Virus record (IMG/VR): IMGVR_UViG_3300044678_003809 | Length of the DNA stretch: 59,315 nt | DNA from: an uncultured virus (IMG/VR IMGVR_UViG_3300044678_003809) | Taxonomy: Duplodnaviria > Heunggongvirae > Uroviricota > Caudoviricetes | Direction: 5' to 3' (one strand) | Shown: positions 23,305 through 33,443 of the stretch, one piece after another | Numbering within the stretch: the stretch's first letter is position 1 | How the letters are laid out: each line of letters begins with the position of its first letter | Notes under the pieces: model-generated | What the model saw: only the letters and a program-made list of their open reading frames with translations | Database searches by the model: none | Told to the model about the DNA's origin: nothing | Position numbers and translations under genes: made by a program

Positions 23305-25119
23305 ATGTCGAATCCCCTCGTGGAGATGCTCAAGAGGAAGAACGTGGCTTCAGCCACACCCGCGACGACCCCGGCTCCCGCCGTCCCCGATGAGGCGACG
23401 CAACACGCGCAGGTGGTGGAGGAGATCAAGAACACCGAGGCGTTTCGCGAGGCCATCAAGGTCTTCCGCGGCAACGACCAGGTCCAGCGCGCCAACTGGA
23501 CGCCCTACCCCGCGATGGTCGCGCACGGCATGGTGCGCCTCGAGGGCGATGCGGTGCTGCTGACGTCGTTCGGCCGCAAGGTCATCGACGCGATTCCGCT
23601 GCCCGAGGCCAGCCCCCCGGTCACGGGGAAGCCGTTGCTCGATGTGCTGCGTACGCAGCGCGAGGGGTCGACCGCGGGGGCCACGACGGCCACGCCCACC
23701 CCGACGCAGAAGGACCGCCTGCGGACGCTGTCGCCGATGTTCACGAGGGCCCAGGGTGGCACCCTCGACGACGTCAAAGCCGCCGCCGACCAGATCCGCA
23801 CTGTTCTCGGTGAGCCCACCGATGGAACGGTCGACGCCCTGATGCGGAACGTGTTCCAGGGCATGGTAAACGAGGCGGACGCTCGGATCGCCCGAGAGCA
23901 GCGCGTCTCGGTCGTGGGCCCGATCGACATCGTCGACATGCAGCCCTTCGTCGTCGATGACCCCTCTCAGCCCGAGAACGTCTCGATCGAGCAGTGGTGG
24001 CGGCAGTACGTCGGCGAGGAGTGGGGTGACCGTCGCTCGCACACACACAACGTGGCGATCGACGAGAACGGCAACGACGTGCTCTACGAGGCCTACGACA
24101 ACGGGCTGGTGACCGTCTCGCAGGGGACGATGCACATCGTGCTGGCGACGCCGACGGTGACCACCCGGTTCCTCAGGCCGATCAAGGTGCGGGCATCGAT
24201 CGCGAACGGTGTCGGGTCGACGATCAACCCCCCGGACGGCCCCGGCCCCAACGCTCCCGATGTCGACGACACAACCGCGAAGCCCGCGACGGCAGTTCCG
24301 ATCCTGCAGTTGCCCGACGGTCGCGACGCGCTGAAGTTGGGCAAGAAGGACCTCACCGACGCGCACGCCAAGGTTTTCTCTGACGTGCTCGAGGGCAGCC
24401 AGGCCGTGAAGATCTACCGCGAGTTCAGCGTCCTGCCCGCCAAGGGCCGGACCATCGAAACGCTGCTGGTCGATCTGCGCCTGATGCTCGCGCTGACGTA
24501 CAGCACCGAATGGCGTGCGGCAGCCGAAGCGTGGCGAAACACCTACGTGAGCCCCACGACGTCCCCCGCCGAGGCCGCACCACCCACGCCCGCCGCCGAG
24601 GCCGCGCCACCCATGCCCTCCGTGTCCGACGTGAACGTGGCGGTGTCGCCGGAGGCCGTCGATGACGTGCTCGCCGAGGCCAAGGCCGCGGCGAGCACGA
24701 CATCGGAGACGACGGTCCCCGTGGAGACGCCCCGTGATGTGGCCACGCGCGTCTTCAACGAGTTGTGCGACCGGACCGCGAGCTTCAGGGGTCCGATCAC
24801 GGCAGGCCCCAGCGACGACCCCGCGGAGTTCGTCCTCTACCTCAACTGCCGCCCGATGCGGGGTCCGGTCACCGACCTGGCGGACTTCCTGCGGCTCTTC
24901 GAGGCGAAGGTGGCCGAACAGAACGAGCTGGTCGACTACCAGCAGTTGCCCTGGCGGGACGGGCCCAAGTCGGTGGTCACGGCCATCGCCATGGCCGCCA
25001 ACCGCGGCGAGCTGCGACTTCCGGCGGCGCTGTACTGCGACAAGCACCACCCCTGCTACAACGAGGTCGTGGCCTACCTGACGCGGTTCGCCACCGAGGT
25101 CATCCGTACCTGCTACTGA
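23305..25119 (+). CDS. Hypothetical protein in the replication operon
   Basis: AGGAG RBS, 604 aa. No recognisable catalytic motif. Confidence 0.7.
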   Translation: MSNPLVEMLKRKNVASATPATTPAPAVPDEATQHAQVVEEIKNTEAFREAIKVFRGNDQVQRANWTPYPAMVAHGMVRLEGDAVLLTSFGRKVIDAIPLPEASPPVTGKPLLDVLRTQREGSTAGATTATPTPTQKDRLRTLSPMFTRAQGGTLDDVKAAADQIRTVLGEPTDGTVDALMRNVFQGMVNEADARIAREQRVSVVGPIDIVDMQPFVVDDPSQPENVSIEQWWRQYVGEEWGDRRSHTHNVAIDENGNDVLYEAYDNGLVTVSQGTMHIVLATPTVTTRFLRPIKVRASIANGVGSTINPPDGPGPNAPDVDDTTAKPATAVPILQLPDGRDALKLGKKDLTDAHAKVFSDVLEGSQAVKIYREFSVLPAKGRTIETLLVDLRLMLALTYSTEWRAAAEAWRNTYVSPTTSPAEAAPPTPAAEAAPPMPSVSDVNVAVSPEAVDDVLAEAKAAASTTSETTVPVETPRDVATRVFNELCDRTASFRGPITAGPSDDPAEFVLYLNCRPMRGPVTDLADFLRLFEAKVAEQNELVDYQQLPWRDGPKSVVTAIAMAANRGELRLPAALYCDKHHPCYNEVVAYLTRFATEVIRTCY

Positions 25120-25129
25120 GAGGACCCGC

Positions 25130-25963
25130 ATGCCCCGCATCTCGGACATGACCCTGACGTCGTTCGACACGGAGACGACCGGGCTCGACACCAGCACCGA
25201 CCGAGTCGTCGAGTTCGGGGCTGTGACGCACCAGGTCGGCGGCGAGCCCACGATCACACACCACTACATCGACCCGGGCGTACCGATCCCCGAAGAGGCC
25301 TCCAATGTCCACGGGATCACCGGTGCCACCGTCTTCGGGTGCCCGTCGTTCGGCGAGATTGCCCCCACCCTTGAGCGGTGCCTCTCGATGGGGGCGCTGG
25401 TCGGGTACAACGCCTCGGTCTACGACGCCAGCATCCTCAACGCCGAGTTCGCCCGCGCCGGGAACGCCTTCCGTATCGACCCGGCCAGCGTCCTCGACCC
25501 CCTGATCTTCGCTCGGTGGCACCTCCGGGGCCACAAGAGTCGGAAGTTGGGGGAGATGTGCGCGTTTTTCGACATCACCCTCGACCAGGCGCACACCGCG
25601 GTGGCCGATGCCACCGCGACACTACAATTGACTGACCGCATGGTCGTCGAGGGTATGATCCCTGATGACATCGACGAAGCCCTCGAGGAGCAGGGCCACT
25701 TCCGACAATATCTCGACGCCGAGTCCCGACAGTGGGGGCGTTGGCTGTATCGGGATCGCCTCGACGGGCACATCCGCATGGGATCTGGCAGATCGGTCGG
25801 TCATTTGCTGTCGCAGGCCGACAAGTCGTATCTGGCCTGGATCATCTCGAACGCCGACTACCTTCACGAGGGTGCGAAGCACGCCCTGGTGGCCGAAATT
25901 CGGAAGAGAAACGGTATTCGACTCACCACCGCGGGACTGCTGGGGAGAGGTGGTTGGCCATGA
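25130..25963 (+). CDS. DnaQ-like DEDDh 3'-5' exonuclease
   Basis: FDTETTG, GYNASVYD and AHTAVAD. Confidence 0.9.
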   Translation: MPRISDMTLTSFDTETTGLDTSTDRVVEFGAVTHQVGGEPTITHHYIDPGVPIPEEASNVHGITGATVFGCPSFGEIAPTLERCLSMGALVGYNASVYDASILNAEFARAGNAFRIDPASVLDPLIFARWHLRGHKSRKLGEMCAFFDITLDQAHTAVADATATLQLTDRMVVEGMIPDDIDEALEEQGHFRQYLDAESRQWGRWLYRDRLDGHIRMGSGRSVGHLLSQADKSYLAWIISNADYLHEGAKHALVAEIRKRNGIRLTTAGLLGRGGWP

Positions 25964-26853
25964 ACGCCCTTCTGGCCTCGATTCAGTCCACGCAACAAGC
26001 TCAAGCCGAGAAGCGGAGAGAGCCCAAGGTTGCCGCGTGTTCTTTCGGAGTGGGCGTACAGAGCACCACACTCGCGTTTCTCACGATGGCGAAAGACCCC
26101 GAGTTGCTGCGTTGCATGAAGGGCCTGCTGCCGACCAAGTTCGTCTTCTCGGACACGGGGGATGAGCCGGCGTCCGTGTATCGCCACCTGGAGAGCATGA
26201 AGTCGACGATGACGCAGCGCGGTCTCGAGTTGACCGTGTTGTGTCGAGGGTCGCTCGGGGAGCACATCCTGGGCCGGATCGCCTCGGGCCGCAGGGGCAT
26301 GTCGAGCCTGCCCCTTTTCGTCCGTGGAAAAGACGGGACGATGGGCCCGATGCGACGGAAATGCACCTCGGACTTCAAGAGTCGCCTGATCGACCCCTAC
26401 ATGCGGGACTACGCGGCTCCCCGCGGTTTCCTGTCCCACTGGATGGGGATTTCGATGGATGAAGCGCACCGCATGCGCACGACATTGGATGACTGGCGGG
26501 TGTTCGACTACCCGCTCGTGGAGATGCGGTGGACTCGTGAACGGTGCATCGAGTATCTCCGCGAGCAAGTGTACGTGGACGGGAATCCGACAGCGGTCGT
26601 CAAGTCGGCGTGTTACTTCTGCCCATTCCGTCGGCCCGAAGAGTGGCGTCGTCTGCGTGACGAAGACCCCGTGGAATGGCAGAGGGCCCTGGACTTCGAG
26701 GCCAAAGTGACTGCGGCTCCCCTGCCGGGAATGCGTGAGATCGGCTACTTGAATAGGCGCGGTGTCTCCATCGCGGAGTACGCCGACGTCGGTTCGACCC
26801 AGAATGCTGACGTGTCGTGGGATGCCGAGTGCGCGGGGGTATGTGGTGTCTGA
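25960..26853 (+). CDS. PAPS reductase-family protein (second family member)
   Basis: SFGVGVQST, SDTGDE, CTSDFK, GISMDE, KSACYFCP and ECAGVCGV. Confidence 0.85.
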   Translation: MNALLASIQSTQQAQAEKRREPKVAACSFGVGVQSTTLAFLTMAKDPELLRCMKGLLPTKFVFSDTGDEPASVYRHLESMKSTMTQRGLELTVLCRGSLGEHILGRIASGRRGMSSLPLFVRGKDGTMGPMRRKCTSDFKSRLIDPYMRDYAAPRGFLSHWMGISMDEAHRMRTTLDDWRVFDYPLVEMRWTRERCIEYLREQVYVDGNPTAVVKSACYFCPFRRPEEWRRLRDEDPVEWQRALDFEAKVTAAPLPGMREIGYLNRRGVSIAEYADVGSTQNADVSWDAECAGVCGV

Positions 26854-27109
26854 TCCCAACGAAATGCCGATCGCAGACCGCCTCAAGATCGCGGCCTGGA
26901 TGGTCAAGGGCGCCTCGGGGGCCGCGTGCCTATCGGGCGTGCTGACCGTACAGTCGCTCAGGCAGGGGAACGTCCGCTTGGCGCTACAGCAGGCCCTGTA
27001 CACGCCCCGCATGGCGCTGGCGGGAGCACAACTCGCGCGTCTCGGTTTCCCGGTCGTCGTGACCCCTGCCGCGGTCCTGGGATGGGTGCTCCGGGGCATG
27101 CCCCAGTGA
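26846..27109 (+). CDS. Small hydrophobic protein
   Basis: Overlaps both neighbouring genes. Confidence 0.5.
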   Translation: MSDPNEMPIADRLKIAAWMVKGASGAACLSGVLTVQSLRQGNVRLALQQALYTPRMALAGAQLARLGFPVVVTPAAVLGWVLRGMPQ

Positions 27110-29070
27110 GTTCGCTGCTCGACCAGGTTCGTAGGCTGCAGGAGCAGCAGCGGGGGGCAACAACCCCCCCGACCCCGACGAAGCTCGCGGACCTGCTGCG
27201 GGGTAGCAAACCCCCCGCGTCCCCCCCAGGGCCCTCAGCCCCCATCGTTGAGCCGGCGCCCCGGGCGCGGCTGATTGACCGTCTCAACGCGGCCATCCCC
27301 GAAGCCAAGCGACGCTCGGACCTGGTCTCGGAGGCCGTGCGGATCGTCTCCCTCCCACAGGTCGACTACTTTGGTGTCGACCTGACGTCCGAGTTCTTGC
27401 GGCCCGAAGCACGACTGCCCTTCATCGACCTCTCGGGCGCCAAGATCGAGGGTCTGAGGCCCGCGCAGAGCGCCATGCTGGCGGCCGTCAGGGCCTGCGG
27501 TGGGGCCTTCTGCCCTGTGGGGGTGGGGCACGGCAAGGCAGGCGCCGCGCTGCTCGCGCCGACGGCTCTGCAGGCCAAGATCGGCATCATCCTCACGACG
27601 TCCGGCACCATGACGCAGATGCGACGTACCTACGCGTTGTGGCGCAAGTATTTCCGCATCCTCGACAACATGCACATCCTCAGCTACGACCAACTCAGCA
27701 CGGAGGTGGGGACGACGCTGCTCGAGACGCTGTGCGCGGGCTACGAGGACAACGATGTGGCCATCGTGGCTGACGAGTGCCACAAGCTCAAGAACCCGAA
27801 ATCCGCCCGGACGAAGCGGTTTTTGCGCTTCTTTGACGGCGACCCAATCGAAGGCATCCCAGGGCATGAGGGTGCGCATTGTGTCGCCCTGAGCGGGACT
27901 ATCACCAGCAAGTCGATTCGCGACTTCTCGCACCTGACGCGCCTCGCGCTGCGCCACATGGCGCCCGTCCCACACGACCAGCACGACCTCGACGCGTGGT
28001 CGGAGTGCCTCGACGTCGAGGGTACCCCCTACGAGTTGCACTGGCAGCACATGCAGCCGCTCTGGACGTTCGGCGGCAACAGAGAGCCGATGGCCGCGGT
28101 GCCGTACTCGGACCGTCGGAGCCGCATCCGAAAGGCCTTCCAAGTGCGACTACGCAGTTGCCCCGGGGTGGTGGCCACCGAGGAACAGGCCATCGGCAGC
28201 TCCTTGCTGGTCCACGCGCACTACTTGTCGGTCCCCGAGGTGATCCTCGATGCGATGCGCAAGGCGCAGCTCCAGGGCATCGACCCCGCCGGAGAGCCGC
28301 TGCCAGACTCGATCGCGGTGGGCCGCATCCTGAAGCAACTCTCCGCGGGGTACTACTACGTGCCTGACTGGCCTCAGAACGAGCCCGACATGAACTGGCT
28401 CTTCGCGCGCAGCCGGTGGAATTCACTCGTCCGCCAAGAGATCGAGGAGCGAGCGACCGCCGGGTATGACAGCGAGTTTCTCGTGGCTTCGCGCGTGGCC
28501 GCGCAATTGGAGAGGGGGTACACGGGTGACATCCACATCGCGTACCGTCGCTGGGTCGGCGAACGGGCGAAGCGGTGGATGTGGCCCGACGGGGTCGAGC
28601 GCCCAACGCCCCCGACCAAGACGATCTGGGTCGACAAGTTCTTCGTCGACCACATGGTCAAGTTCGTGCGGAGCTTCAAAGAGCCGGTGATCCTGTGGTA
28701 CGAGTCTCGTGCGCTGCAGGAGGCCTTCCGCGAGGCTGGCCTGGTGGTCCGGGGTGCGGGCGAAGACCCCCCCGACCGGGTGACGACCTGCGCCCTGTCG
28801 TTGCGAGCGCACGCGGACGGGCTGAACTTGCAGGGCTGGCGCGTGAACGTTATGGCCGAGGTTCTCAGTTCTGGGGCGCGGACCGAGCAGGTGCTAGGCC
28901 GAACACATCGTCCGGGGTCGACGTTCGATGAGGTCGAGGCGTTTCTGCCCCAGCACACCTCACGGTACAAACAATGCTTCGCGCAGGCCCGAGAGGATGC
29001 GCGGTACATCGAGGACTCGACGGGGAATCAACAGAAGCTCAACTACGCCAATTTGATCGGCTTCAAGTAA
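27106..29070 (+). CDS. SF2 (SNF2-like) helicase
   Basis: VGVGHGK, DECH, LSGT, DGLNLQ and QVLGRTHR. Confidence 0.85.
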   Translation: MSSLLDQVRRLQEQQRGATTPPTPTKLADLLRGSKPPASPPGPSAPIVEPAPRARLIDRLNAAIPEAKRRSDLVSEAVRIVSLPQVDYFGVDLTSEFLRPEARLPFIDLSGAKIEGLRPAQSAMLAAVRACGGAFCPVGVGHGKAGAALLAPTALQAKIGIILTTSGTMTQMRRTYALWRKYFRILDNMHILSYDQLSTEVGTTLLETLCAGYEDNDVAIVADECHKLKNPKSARTKRFLRFFDGDPIEGIPGHEGAHCVALSGTITSKSIRDFSHLTRLALRHMAPVPHDQHDLDAWSECLDVEGTPYELHWQHMQPLWTFGGNREPMAAVPYSDRRSRIRKAFQVRLRSCPGVVATEEQAIGSSLLVHAHYLSVPEVILDAMRKAQLQGIDPAGEPLPDSIAVGRILKQLSAGYYYVPDWPQNEPDMNWLFARSRWNSLVRQEIEERATAGYDSEFLVASRVAAQLERGYTGDIHIAYRRWVGERAKRWMWPDGVERPTPPTKTIWVDKFFVDHMVKFVRSFKEPVILWYESRALQEAFREAGLVVRGAGEDPPDRVTTCALSLRAHADGLNLQGWRVNVMAEVLSSGARTEQVLGRTHRPGSTFDEVEAFLPQHTSRYKQCFAQAREDARYIEDSTGNQQKLNYANLIGFK

Positions 29071-29158
29071 CAGATATGCGTAAAGTGCTTGCACCGCATG
29101 GGGCGGTGATAGACACTGGTGACGCGTAACAAGAACGCGCAAGAACACGGAGGACAAG

Positions 29159-29743
29159 ATGGGTTTTTGGGACAAAGTCGGAAGTGTGAACTATGCGGGG
29201 AAGGACCCGTTCTTCGGCCCGGACGCGGAATATCTCGTGGAGATCCACGAGGTCCAGTTCTTCGACAGCCAGAACAAGAACAACAGAGGGGCGCAGTTCT
29301 TCAAGATTCGGGGGCGCGTGATCAAGACCGCTTTCGACCCCGAGGTCGATCGGGCTGCGTGTGAACCCAAGCTCGACCCGGCGACGCGGGCGGGCGCCTT
29401 CGCGGTCCACATGATCAGCCTCTCGAAGGGTGACGCCCCGCTGGGCGACATCAAGAACTTCGCCACGGCCGTCTACCGCGGCAAGGTGCTCGCGGCAGAG
29501 GGGGACGTGAGCATCGTGGACCCCAGCTCGTTCGGTGACGATGAGATCGCGCCGCTCTACAGCGTCGACCAGCCGTGCGCCGGCATGGTTCTCGGGCTTC
29601 GCACGACCATGAAGGTCACGCGCGAGAAGCAGCAGCCCTTCACGCAGCACTTCTGGCAGGCAAGGGAGGAGTTCACCTTCTCCCTCCCGATCCAGAGTGC
29701 GATCCCGCAGCCCGCGCAGGGTGAGACCTCCAAGACCGCCTGA
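29159..29743 (+). CDS. Putative single-stranded DNA-binding protein
   Basis: GGAGG RBS. Beta-rich, aromatic protein between helicase and polymerase. Assignment is positional inference. Confidence 0.45.
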   Translation: MGFWDKVGSVNYAGKDPFFGPDAEYLVEIHEVQFFDSQNKNNRGAQFFKIRGRVIKTAFDPEVDRAACEPKLDPATRAGAFAVHMISLSKGDAPLGDIKNFATAVYRGKVLAAEGDVSIVDPSSFGDDEIAPLYSVDQPCAGMVLGLRTTMKVTREKQQPFTQHFWQAREEFTFSLPIQSAIPQPAQGETSKTA

Positions 29744-29744
29744 G

Positions 29745-29778
29745 GACGTCGACACACGCGCAACGCGTGTGTCACGTC
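29745..29778 (+). terminator. Intergenic hairpin
   Basis: Perfect 10-bp stem GACACACGCG-caa-CGCGTGTGTC. Weak U-tract. Confidence 0.4.
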
Positions 29779-29795
29779 GTTTCTCCGAGGCAACG

Positions 29796-31778
29796 ATGGA
29801 CCATCGAGTCATCGCATTCGATACGGAGACGTATCGAATCCTGCCTGGCCGGACAGCACCACCCATGGTGTGTTTGTCGTGGGCGGAGGACGACCGGAGC
29901 GGTCTCGTCGACCGCGCCGATGGGCTGCGGCTCATCAAGCAGTGGCTGTCCGACGACCGCATCATGCTCGTGAACCAGAACATCGCGTTCGACCTCGCGG
30001 TGGTAGCTGCTCACGACCCCGACGAGTTCCTGCCGCTCATCTTCGATGCCTACGACGCGGACCGAATCGCATGCGTTCAGGTGTTCCAGAAGATGCGGGA
30101 CATCGCGACGGGCGATATGTCCGACAAGAGCCGATACAGCCTCGAGGCCACGGTCTCCAGGCTCTTTGGCAAGGAGATCGAGGGGAAGCACGGCGCCGAC
30201 GTCTGGCGCCTTCGGTACCGTGAACTCGAGGGGGTGGCGATTCGAGACTGGCCCGAGGAGGCCCGTCGCTACGCCATCGACGACGCGCGGTGGGCGCTGC
30301 GGGCCTTCCGCGAGCAATGTGCCCAGGGGCGCCTGCCGGACCTCGAACGGCAGATGCGGGCCGACTGGGTCCTGCAGCTCATCCGGGCCTGGGGGATCAG
30401 GACGAATGAGGAGCGCATCGATCTCCTCGAAAACCGTTTGAACACACACGTCGGGCCGAATCTTCAGCGGCTCGTAGACGTGGGCATCTACCGTCATGGG
30501 GGCACCCGCGCGGCCCCCAAGCTGGTCAAGACCGAGGCCGAAGTCCAGCGGCGGGTCTTCGCCGAGTTGGGCCAGGTCTCACCGCTCACAGAGGGCGGGG
30601 CGAAGCGCGCGGAGGCCCGTGGGTACATTGCGCAGGAGGACGTCTCGATCGCGACCGAGACCCTCGAACTGTGCCAGGACCCGGGCCTGCTGCTGCTCGC
30701 TGAGATCAGCGGCGACCAGAAGTTGTTGAACACGTACATCCCGCTGCTGCGCCAGGGCCAAGACAAGCCCCTGTGCCCGTTCTGGAACGTGCTCGTTCGC
30801 TCGGGCCGGACCAGTTGCGGAGAGCCGAATCTGCAGAACCAACCTCGGGCCCCAGGCGTTCGAGAGTGCTTCGAGCCTCGCCCCGGCTGGGTGTTCGGCA
30901 GCACGGACTATCACACCGCGGAGGTCCGGTCGCTCGCGCAAGTGCTGCTCGACGAGTTCGGCGAGAGCGAGATGGCCTCGGTCCTGCGGTCGGGCCGTGA
31001 CATCCACCTGGTGACCGGCGCGAGCATCCTCGGCATCAGCTACGATGAGATCGTCAAGTGGTACAAGGGTCCGCATGCCTCGGGCTGCGCCCCCGGGGTT
31101 TGCACCGCGGGATGCCTGAAGAAGAAGGCCACGGACGCGCGCCAACTGAGCAAGGCCGCGAATTTCGGCCTGAGTGGAGGTCTCGGCGCCGAGGCGTTCG
31201 TGCGGTATGCCGCGGGCCCCGACTACCGGATTGTGCTGACCGTCGAGCGCAGCAAGGAGATCAAAGAGGCGTGGCTGACGAGCTACCCGGAGATGCGTCG
31301 GTACTTCCGCAACATCTCGTTCCTCTGCGACCGTGGTGGTGGGCGCTTCGAGCTGACGCAGCCCCGCTCGGGGCGCATTCGAGGTGACTGTGGCTACACG
31401 GACGGCGCCAACACCAAGTTCCAGGGCTTGACCGCGGACGGCATGAAGGAGGCCGCGTACCAGGTCATCAAGGAGATGTACGACCCCCGACACCGGGCTT
31501 CCCCTCTCTACGGCACCCGGGCCAACGCGCTGATCCATGACGAGATCTTCATGGAGGCCCCGGAGACGCGCGCCGCGGAGGCTCTGGAGCGATGCGCTGT
31601 GGTGATGGTCGAGGTGATGCAGAAGTGGCTGCCGGACATCCCTGTGTCCGCGGACCCCGCGCTCATGCGGCTCTGGAGCAAGGCCGCTGGCAACCCCGTC
31701 CGTGACGCGGGTGGTCGCCTGATCCCGTACGAGGACAGCCTGCCCCCTTCAGCCGAAGGACGTCGCTATGCAGCGTAA
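29796..31778 (+). CDS. polA: DNA polymerase family A with 3'-5' exonuclease domain
   Basis: FDTET, NIAFD, YAIDD (exonuclease). SGRTS..PNLQN, DY..AE.R (motif A), R..SKAANFG (motif B), IHDE (motif C). Confidence 0.95.
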   Translation: MDHRVIAFDTETYRILPGRTAPPMVCLSWAEDDRSGLVDRADGLRLIKQWLSDDRIMLVNQNIAFDLAVVAAHDPDEFLPLIFDAYDADRIACVQVFQKMRDIATGDMSDKSRYSLEATVSRLFGKEIEGKHGADVWRLRYRELEGVAIRDWPEEARRYAIDDARWALRAFREQCAQGRLPDLERQMRADWVLQLIRAWGIRTNEERIDLLENRLNTHVGPNLQRLVDVGIYRHGGTRAAPKLVKTEAEVQRRVFAELGQVSPLTEGGAKRAEARGYIAQEDVSIATETLELCQDPGLLLLAEISGDQKLLNTYIPLLRQGQDKPLCPFWNVLVRSGRTSCGEPNLQNQPRAPGVRECFEPRPGWVFGSTDYHTAEVRSLAQVLLDEFGESEMASVLRSGRDIHLVTGASILGISYDEIVKWYKGPHASGCAPGVCTAGCLKKKATDARQLSKAANFGLSGGLGAEAFVRYAAGPDYRIVLTVERSKEIKEAWLTSYPEMRRYFRNISFLCDRGGGRFELTQPRSGRIRGDCGYTDGANTKFQGLTADGMKEAAYQVIKEMYDPRHRASPLYGTRANALIHDEIFMEAPETRAAEALERCAVVMVEVMQKWLPDIPVSADPALMRLWSKAAGNPVRDAGGRLIPYEDSLPPSAEGRRYAA

Positions 31779-31809
31779 CGAAACCGTCCGCTTGGTGTGG
31801 GAGTGAAGC

Positions 31810-32652
31810 ATGGTAGATTCGGCGCAAATGCTTGCTGGAGCTGGTATGCGCATGTGGTCAGGCACCCACGTCGAGATCCTCGAGTGGTCCCCGTTCTTCC
31901 GTGATGTGACGCTGTTCTTGCTCGAGCACTTCGACCAAGAGCAGTACAAGGACCACCTGCTGGTCCTCGGCGCTTACATCTTCAAGACGATGCACGACCT
32001 GCGGCGTGAGCACCCCGGCAAGAAGATCGTTGTGGTCCAGCTCGAGCAACTGATTCACTCGGGCTGGGCGGCCACGGCCAACTTCGTCGGATACCTCGCC
32101 GAGGCCGACGAGATCTGGGAGTACGACGACAGCAACAGCGCGTTCTTGACGGCGCGCAACATCCCGCACAGGCGGCTGCGCTTGGGGTACGCCAAGTCGC
32201 TCGACGTGGGGCTGGCGACGCCGCCCGCCGCGGGGTGCGACATCGATGTGTTGTTCTACGGTGTACTGAACGCGCGTCGGCATCGGTTCCTCGAGTCGTT
32301 CTTGAACTCCAACTACGCCTCGGGGCTCACGTTCGTGTTCGCCTACGGGGTCGCCGAGGGGCTGCTCGACGACTACATTCGGCGCAGCAAAATCGTTTTG
32401 AGCATCCACGCCTTCGAGGACGGCCTCGAAGAGCAGACGCGGCTCCTGCGGCTCTTGGCCAACGGCAAGGCCGTCGTGGCCGAGTGGTCGCCACAGACCT
32501 ACTTCCCCGGCTGCACCATCCAAGTCATCTCCTCGGCCTTCTTGAACGGGGTCGTGCAGCAACTCCTCGCCCGCCAGACCTATGTCGAGGTCGGCCGGGA
32601 CGCACGCAAGAAGTTCATGCAACTCACGACTCACCGAAAGATGCTGGAGTAG
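31810..32652 (+). CDS. GT-B-type glycosyltransferase
   Basis: DIDVLFYG.LN.RR and SKIVLSIH...EQTRL..LLANGKAVVAE. Start uncertain. Confidence 0.75.
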   Translation: MVDSAQMLAGAGMRMWSGTHVEILEWSPFFRDVTLFLLEHFDQEQYKDHLLVLGAYIFKTMHDLRREHPGKKIVVVQLEQLIHSGWAATANFVGYLAEADEIWEYDDSNSAFLTARNIPHRRLRLGYAKSLDVGLATPPAAGCDIDVLFYGVLNARRHRFLESFLNSNYASGLTFVFAYGVAEGLLDDYIRRSKIVLSIHAFEDGLEEQTRLLRLLANGKAVVAEWSPQTYFPGCTIQVISSAFLNGVVQQLLARQTYVEVGRDARKKFMQLTTHRKMLE

Positions 32653-32655
32653 TCC

Positions 32656-33063
32656 GTGTCAGCAAAGCCCACAACCCCCATCCCTCGATGCGTCTTCATC
32701 TGCAGCCCGTTCAGCGCGGACAACGATGCGGACCGATTCCGCAACATCGAGTACGCTCAGGAAGCCTCGAAGGACGCGATCTCCCGCGGCGAGAGCCCCT
32801 ACACGCCGCACTTGTTCCTGACCCAGATCCTCAAGGACGACGACCCCACCGAGCGTGCTTTGTCGCTGGAGATGGCCAAGCGGTGGCTCCGACGCTGCGA
32901 CGGGCTCGCAGTGTACATCGACTACGGGGTGAGCGTCGGGATGAAGGGAGAGATAGCGGCGGCCACAGCGGCCCACATCCCGATCTGGTACCGCGGCCTG
33001 CACGACGAGTACAACGACGACCCCAAAGACGATTCCACCGACGAGAACACCGAGGACGACTGA
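32656..33063 (+). CDS. Nucleoside deoxyribosyltransferase-like (DUF4406/DUF7768-type) protein
   Basis: VFICSPF, PYTPHL, CD.L.VY.DYGVS.GM..EI..A. Confidence 0.75.
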   Translation: MSAKPTTPIPRCVFICSPFSADNDADRFRNIEYAQEASKDAISRGESPYTPHLFLTQILKDDDPTERALSLEMAKRWLRRCDGLAVYIDYGVSVGMKGEIAAATAAHIPIWYRGLHDEYNDDPKDDSTDENTEDD

Positions 33064-33443
33064 TGCTGAAGATGGAGACGATGTCCCGCTACATGCGGGA
33101 ACTCGACACCTGGCTGGGCGAATGGCTGTTCGCGCACCGGGACACGTTCGAGATGCCCAAGAACTGCGAGATGCAGTTCCTGCGGCTTGACGACCAGGGC
33201 ATGCGGCTGCTGGCCTCCGCAATCTGTCACGACCGTCACACCGCCAACTGGGTGCCGGGGGAGGCCCTCAGCACGCGGCAGATCATCCCCAGCGTGCTGA
33301 TGCTGAGAGAGTTGGTCGGCCCCGACGGCCAGATCATGCGGCACATCTTCATCTACCCAGACGGCGCAGTCGATGTCATCGAGGTCAAAGACGAGGCATC
33401 CCGCTACGAGATGTTCGGGTATCTGCAGGGGCTCGTGGACTAG
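33063..33443 (+). CDS. Hypothetical protein
   Basis: TGATG coupling. Shares the CTAG stop palindrome with the convergent gene. Confidence 0.6.
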   Translation: MLKMETMSRYMRELDTWLGEWLFAHRDTFEMPKNCEMQFLRLDDQGMRLLASAICHDRHTANWVPGEALSTRQIIPSVLMLRELVGPDGQIMRHIFIYPDGAVDVIEVKDEASRYEMFGYLQGLVD

